NCBI GenBank assembly: GCA_018396555.1
Contig: JAGTQL010000003.1
Span: 1-41,721, forward strand
Source: Candidatus Bathyarchaeota archaeon
GTDB lineage: Archaea; Thermoproteota; Bathyarchaeia; Bathyarchaeales; DTEX01
Length of the DNA: 41,721 nucleotides
Direction of reading: 5' to 3'
Of the stretch, positions 37,428 through 41,721 are shown piece by piece. Numbering within the stretch: the stretch's first letter is position 1; each line of letters begins with the position of its first letter. A program made the position numbers and the translations under genes. The notes under the pieces are model-generated. The model was not told the DNA's origin. It saw only the letters and a program-made list of their open reading frames with translations, and searched no databases.

Positions 37428-38135
37428 TTGGCCAAGAAACCCATAATATATTCGGAGAGGCTTGAAGTTGTCTACAGCGCCGATAGGTGGAGGCTTCTGT
37501 CCGAATTGAGAAGTAGAGCGATTGAGATAATGGAGGCTCTTGAGAGGACACACTTATTCAGCATTACCCATGGAAGCATAGCCCGCGGGGATGTTTCGCC
37601 GAGAAGCGACATAGACGTATTTATACCGCAGATCTTCTCCTCTTTCACCGTTGAGAACGCGCTTAGAATGGCTGGCATATCAATCAGTAGACGCATTCTA
37701 GTTCAGGCAACACCAACCTATTCGATTAAGGGTTATATTGAAATTGATGAGCGGCGTTGCATTTCATTTCCGCTATCTAGGATGAGAGAGGTTGAGAGGG
37801 ATTTCTATAAGTTCGGCGGAGAAGCAACCTTGGAAATGCTGAGAAGCAAAGTTAGGGTTCCGGGGGTTGATAAGAGGCTCATGCTAATAGAGCCCACGGA
37901 GAAGGGGCATGTTGAAAGCAGCATAATTGGGCAGGAGGAGAGGGTTGCGAAGCTGCTCGGCATTTCGGTTGATACTGTTTTGGATAGGGTTCGCACGTTA
38001 CTGCGCCGCGACAAGGTTGGCAGAACCGGACTATTTGTTGAAAGGGAGCTTGCTCCTGAGGAAAGCTTCGAATCTGTTCTGAAGAGGCTGGCAGACGCAA
38101 ACCCAGCTGTTCGAAGAAGGCTCAGAGAAGACTGA
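37428..38135 (+). CDS. Archaeal Pol-beta superfamily nucleotidyltransferase (COG2413-like)
   Basis: HGSIARGDV..SDIDVFI, VQATP, FYKFGG, RVPGVDKRL, RRDKVGRTG. Confidence 0.8.
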   Translation: MAKKPIIYSERLEVVYSADRWRLLSELRSRAIEIMEALERTHLFSITHGSIARGDVSPRSDIDVFIPQIFSSFTVENALRMAGISISRRILVQATPTYSIKGYIEIDERRCISFPLSRMREVERDFYKFGGEATLEMLRSKVRVPGVDKRLMLIEPTEKGHVESSIIGQEERVAKLLGISVDTVLDRVRTLLRRDKVGRTGLFVERELAPEESFESVLKRLADANPAVRRRLRED

Positions 38136-38157
38136 GCACGCTAAAGGACTAGAAGGT

Positions 38158-39093
38158 TTATTTCAGAAGCTCGCGAAGATGAACTTTTATAGGTCCAATT
38201 TTCCCACCGTAGTTCCCAGCTGATATCTTCAGGACGCCTGGGGCTTTAACGGCAGCTTTTATGCCCTCAGCCATGGCCATCTTAACATTTTCTAAGCCTA
38301 CCCCGTTGATCACAATTTCATATATGGCATTCACGTTTTTTGGAACCTGGCTTTCCGGCAGAATTTCCCTAAGTCTAGGGCAGAAGATGTGGTTTGTTGA
38401 TGCTGGAAGCTTATATTTTAATGAGCCTATCTTGGAGCCGGAGCGACATATCCCCCCTGGAAATGGGAGGATTACGCCTTTAACTTTCCCGCGTATCGCA
38501 TCGGCAGCCGCCTCAGCAGCTAAGAGCCCAGACTTCATATCTTTTGCCATTATAAAGAAGTTTCCGCCGGCAACGCCCTTCTTAACGCCAAAAATGCTCT
38601 CAACAATGAATTCTCCTTCCATGACTGGTATACGCCAAACTCTCCGACCGTACATTTCATCAAACTTCTGGAATCCATCACCGAAAAAACGTAGGCTTCT
38701 GCCAACCTTCAGTTTTCTAGCGGTTCCATGAAGCGCATTAAAAGCAGCCGTTGTTGGGCATGTCATTACGCACTGTCCTATACGCGCTATCATCTGCTTT
38801 TTCAAATCGCTTCTGGTCCGATGGTAAATCTGTATTATGGCACCAACCCGCCCGTCAGGGGTCTCGCTGGGTGAAACAAGCCCTTCAACGCCAGCTTCAG
38901 CTGGCGAACCTATTATCGAGGATGCGAATCCAGTTGCAACTTCAGCTGCGATTAAGGCCCACTTCTCATTCTCAGCTGTTATCAGAATCCTCCCAACCCA
39001 CATTTCAAATATTTCGGCAAACGTATCTTCTATTTCCACCTCATTATAGCGGAGCAAGTAATACACCTCTCTCGGATCTTTAATTAGTTTCAT
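38158..39093 (-). CDS. ftr: Formylmethanofuran:tetrahydromethanopterin formyltransferase
   Basis: IEDTFAE.F, TGFASSII..PAEAG, TPDGR, RIGQCVMTCPTTA.F, FFGDGFQ, RSGSK, ISAGNYGGKIG. Confidence 0.95.
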   Translation of the reverse strand: MKLIKDPREVYYLLRYNEVEIEDTFAEIFEMWVGRILITAENEKWALIAAEVATGFASSIIGSPAEAGVEGLVSPSETPDGRVGAIIQIYHRTRSDLKKQMIARIGQCVMTCPTTAAFNALHGTARKLKVGRSLRFFGDGFQKFDEMYGRRVWRIPVMEGEFIVESIFGVKKGVAGGNFFIMAKDMKSGLLAAEAAADAIRGKVKGVILPFPGGICRSGSKIGSLKYKLPASTNHIFCPRLREILPESQVPKNVNAIYEIVINGVGLENVKMAMAEGIKAAVKAPGVLKISAGNYGGKIGPIKVHLRELLK

Positions 39094-39320
39094 TTTTTCT
39101 CTTAGAACTTAAACTTTTTTCATATTAATCTACTAAGCGTTTGGAATATCTTTGATCGTTGCAAGGGTCTGGTAGAGGGGTGGGGGAAATTAATCCATAA
39201 CAATATTTTTAACTAAAACATTTTTAAATAGGGAAACATCTCTTTTCAATTTAAATGTTTGAGGGATATTTCAACATAATATACATGATCAAGTTAACCT
39301 TTAGGAAGGTCTGATTTGAT

Positions 39321-39743
39321 ATGGAGTTTACATTAATAACTGGGCGGACGATAAATCAGGGCCGTGGGAGGGAGCACGGTAAGTTTTCTGAGGAATACTT
39401 GGTGAACGTTGCTGTTTGCGAGATGAACCCTGACGATATGAAAAGGCTTAATATAAAAGATGGAATGAACGTTAGGGTTACGACCGAGGTGGGCTCGGTG
39501 ATCGTTAAAGCTAGAAAGTCGAGGAGAATAAAGACGCCGGGCGTAATATTCATGCCATATGGGCCCTGGGCAAACGCGGTTCTAAAGCCTGAATCTGAAG
39601 GAACAGGTATGCCGCTGCTTAAGGGGCTGAAGGCTAATGTTGAGCCAACTGAGGATGAGGTTTCAAATCTGAAAGATCTTCTTATCGAAGCTTACGGAAG
39701 CAGTAAAATAGTGAAATCGGAGGAGCAGAAATTATGGATGTAA
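39321..39743 (+). CDS. fwdD: Formylmethanofuran dehydrogenase subunit D
   Basis: LITGRTINQG..E.GK, MNPDDM, FMPYGPWAN, TGMP..KG. Confidence 0.93.
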   Translation: MEFTLITGRTINQGRGREHGKFSEEYLVNVAVCEMNPDDMKRLNIKDGMNVRVTTEVGSVIVKARKSRRIKTPGVIFMPYGPWANAVLKPESEGTGMPLLKGLKANVEPTEDEVSNLKDLLIEAYGSSKIVKSEEQKLWM

Positions 39744-41176
39744 TCTCAAGCGTTGTTTGCCCAGTTTGCGGATGTTGCTGCGATGATCTAGAAGTTCTGG
39801 TCGATAATAATCGGATAGTTGATGTTAGAAATGCTTGCGCTTTGGGTGCAGCGAAGTTCTTAAATTATAGCGGACATAGAAATACGAAGCCTCTTGTGAG
39901 GAAAAATGGTAGGCTGGTTGAGGCTTCCCTTGAAGAGGCTATAGAGAGAAGCGCTGAGATGCTTGCAAACGCATCCTACCCGCTTCTTTACGGCTGGAGC
40001 TCAACTAGCTGTGAAGCTATAAGAGTTGGTTTAGAGCTGGCTGAGGAGGTTGGAGGTGTAATCGATAATACGTCGACTATCTGTCACGGCCCCTCAGTAA
40101 TCGCCATACAAGAGGTTGGTTTACCTGCATGCACCCTAGGCCAGATTCGCCATAGAGCTGACTTGATAGTGTATTGGGGAAGTAACCCGTGGAGCGCGCA
40201 TCCACGCCATATAGAGCGCTACACGGTTCTAGCTGAGGGGAGATTTCAGAAGGGCATATGGAAGCGTTACCTTTCACGCCTAGTCTTTGAATCTGCAATT
40301 AAGAGAAGATATAGGGTGGCGAGCCTAGTTTTTAAGGGAGGAAGCGCATCGCCCCCTGCCCATGAGGTGTTCAGTCAGCTTTTGCCGCCTAGCGAGGAGA
40401 GGAAGCTTGTTGTTGTAGATGTTCAAAGAACTCGGACTGCTGATTTAGCGGATTTCTTTGTAAGAGTTGAGCCTGGCGGCGACTATGATGTTCTGCAGGC
40501 GCTTCGCGCTCTTATCCGGGATGAAGAATTGGACGTCGATGAGGTTGCAGGGGTTCCGATTGAGACGCTTGAGGAGCTGGCTGATCTAATGGTTAATACA
40601 AGGTTTGGCATATTATTTTTCGGCTTAGGTTTGACTATGAGTGTTGGTAGATCGAGAAACGTTGAGGCCGCAATAAAGCTGACTAGGGATCTAAATAGGT
40701 ACACAAAGTTTCTCATAATGCCGATGAGAGGGCACTTCAATGTTACCGGCGCTGACACTGTTTTTACTTGGCAGACAGGCTACCCTTACGCCGTTGATTT
40801 CTCGCACGGCTATCCGAGATATAATCCAGGTGAAACTTCAGCTATTGATGTACTTACAAAGGATGATGTTGATGCAGCATTGGTGGTTGCCTCTGATCCG
40901 GCCTCAAACTTTCCGAGGAAGTGTGTAGAAAACCTAGTTAAGAAACCGTTAATAGTCATCGATTCTCATATGTCGGCAACAGCCCTGGTGGCTGACGTTG
41001 TGATCCCCTCCGCCTTCGTTGGTATAGAGGCTGAAGGCACAACCTACCGTATGGATCATGTGCCGCTTCCCCTGAAGAAGATCGTTGAGCCTCCGGAAGG
41101 ATGCTTGCCGGATGAGGAAATACTGAGAATGATGCTTGAAAGGGTTCGGGACATTAAAGGGAGAGAATCCTCCTAA
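39734..41176 (+). CDS. fwdB: Formylmethanofuran dehydrogenase subunit B (Cys form)
   Basis: CPVCGCCCDD, NACALG, YGWSST, CHGPS, HPRH, PMRGHFNV, WQTGYPYAVD, YRMD.VP. Confidence 0.94.
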   Translation: MDVISSVVCPVCGCCCDDLEVLVDNNRIVDVRNACALGAAKFLNYSGHRNTKPLVRKNGRLVEASLEEAIERSAEMLANASYPLLYGWSSTSCEAIRVGLELAEEVGGVIDNTSTICHGPSVIAIQEVGLPACTLGQIRHRADLIVYWGSNPWSAHPRHIERYTVLAEGRFQKGIWKRYLSRLVFESAIKRRYRVASLVFKGGSASPPAHEVFSQLLPPSEERKLVVVDVQRTRTADLADFFVRVEPGGDYDVLQALRALIRDEELDVDEVAGVPIETLEELADLMVNTRFGILFFGLGLTMSVGRSRNVEAAIKLTRDLNRYTKFLIMPMRGHFNVTGADTVFTWQTGYPYAVDFSHGYPRYNPGETSAIDVLTKDDVDAALVVASDPASNFPRKCVENLVKKPLIVIDSHMSATALVADVVIPSAFVGIEAEGTTYRMDHVPLPLKKIVEPPEGCLPDEEILRMMLERVRDIKGRESS

Positions 41177-41282
41177 AATAGAGAATCCGGCGAAAACCTT
41201 TTTCATGTCAAAACATTATTAAGCTTGGGAAGACAATGCTCCCCTTAGTAATTGCAACGGGTTTCCGGGTTGAGGCTGGGAT

Positions 41283-41721
41283 ATGAAGTCTGCGACAAGC
41301 ATATCGGAAATATTATCTGGGAAAAAAGTTGATGAGGATGTGACCATTAGGGGCTGGCTGCATAATAAGCGCTCAAGCGGTGGAATACACTTCTTCATAG
41401 TTAGGGATGGAACAGGGGTAATACAATGCACAATTAAGAAAGATAGGGTTGCTGAGGATGTTTTCGAGGCTGCTAAGAAGATAACGCAGGAGTCAACCAT
41501 GGAAATCAGGGGTGTAGTTAAGGAGGATCAGAGGGCTCCCGAAGGATATGAAATACAGGCATGCGACATGAAAATTTTACATCTGGCTGAGGAGGGTTTT
41601 CCAGTAGCTAAGAAATATCACGGTCCGGATTTTCTGCTTGACAATAGGCACCTCTGGATTAGAAGCCAGAAGATGCAGAGAATTCTTCGCATAAGGGCTG
41701 AAATGCTTAGGGCTGCCAGGG
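41283..41721 (+). CDS. asnS: Asparaginyl-tRNA synthetase, 5' part (runs off the window; absent from the ORF track)
   Basis: My translation: MKSATSISEIL..VTIRGWLHNKRSSGGIHFFIVRDGTGVIQC..QES..RAPEGYEI..FPVAKKYHGPDFLLDNRHLWIRS; OB anticodon domain and RHLWIR typical of AsnRS. Confidence 0.85.
   Translation, partial: MKSATSISEILSGKKVDEDVTIRGWLHNKRSSGGIHFFIVRDGTGVIQCTIKKDRVAEDVFEAAKKITQESTMEIRGVVKEDQRAPEGYEIQACDMKILHLAEEGFPVAKKYHGPDFLLDNRHLWIRSQKMQRILRIRAEMLRAAR

Noticed and set aside
40078-40095. Selenocysteine in FwdB
   Set aside because: The active-site codon is TGT (TICHGP), not TGA
4730-41500. Numerous antisense/overlapping ORFs in the track (e.g. 4730..5434, 29554..30030, 32295..32954, 35369..35890, 41219..41500)
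   Set aside because: They lie opposite or within well-supported genes and have no recognisable motifs

Overview
Archaeal chromosomal window. The gene set (GHMP-type shikimate kinase, AMP phosphorylase, ftr/fwdBD, archaeal SRP RNA, TATA/BRE promoters) suggests a TACK archaeon such as Bathyarchaeia; this is inference only. From left to right: a lipoate-dependent 2-oxoacid/acetoin dehydrogenase module (LplA, E2, fused E1 alpha-beta, E3) next to sugar-alcohol(-phosphate) dehydrogenases and a PHP hydrolase; a decayed patch (140-bp MITE, AOR and nucleotidyltransferase remnants); an SppA-fusion protein; a class II amidotransferase and a TtuA paralog; a his operon (hisG-D-C-HAD-B-H-A-F-I, no hisE) divergent from aroD-E-K-A-C; glyA, AMP phosphorylase, apgM; the SRP (7S) RNA gene; a second TtuA/Ncs6, a site-2 protease, a nucleotidyltransferase, ftr, fwdD-fwdB and the 5' part of asnS. 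Top finding: the SRP RNA is interrupted in helix 8 (SRP54-binding domain) by a 59-nt insert flanked by a bulge-helix-bulge motif, and its predicted cleavage exactly restores the canonical helix, so it looks like a tRNA-type intron in SRP RNA. Second: a short uORF ending His-His-stop in the his leader, suggesting leader-peptide control in an archaeon. Two local duplications (in lpdA and in the his leader) share a template-switch signature and are probably assembly artefacts.
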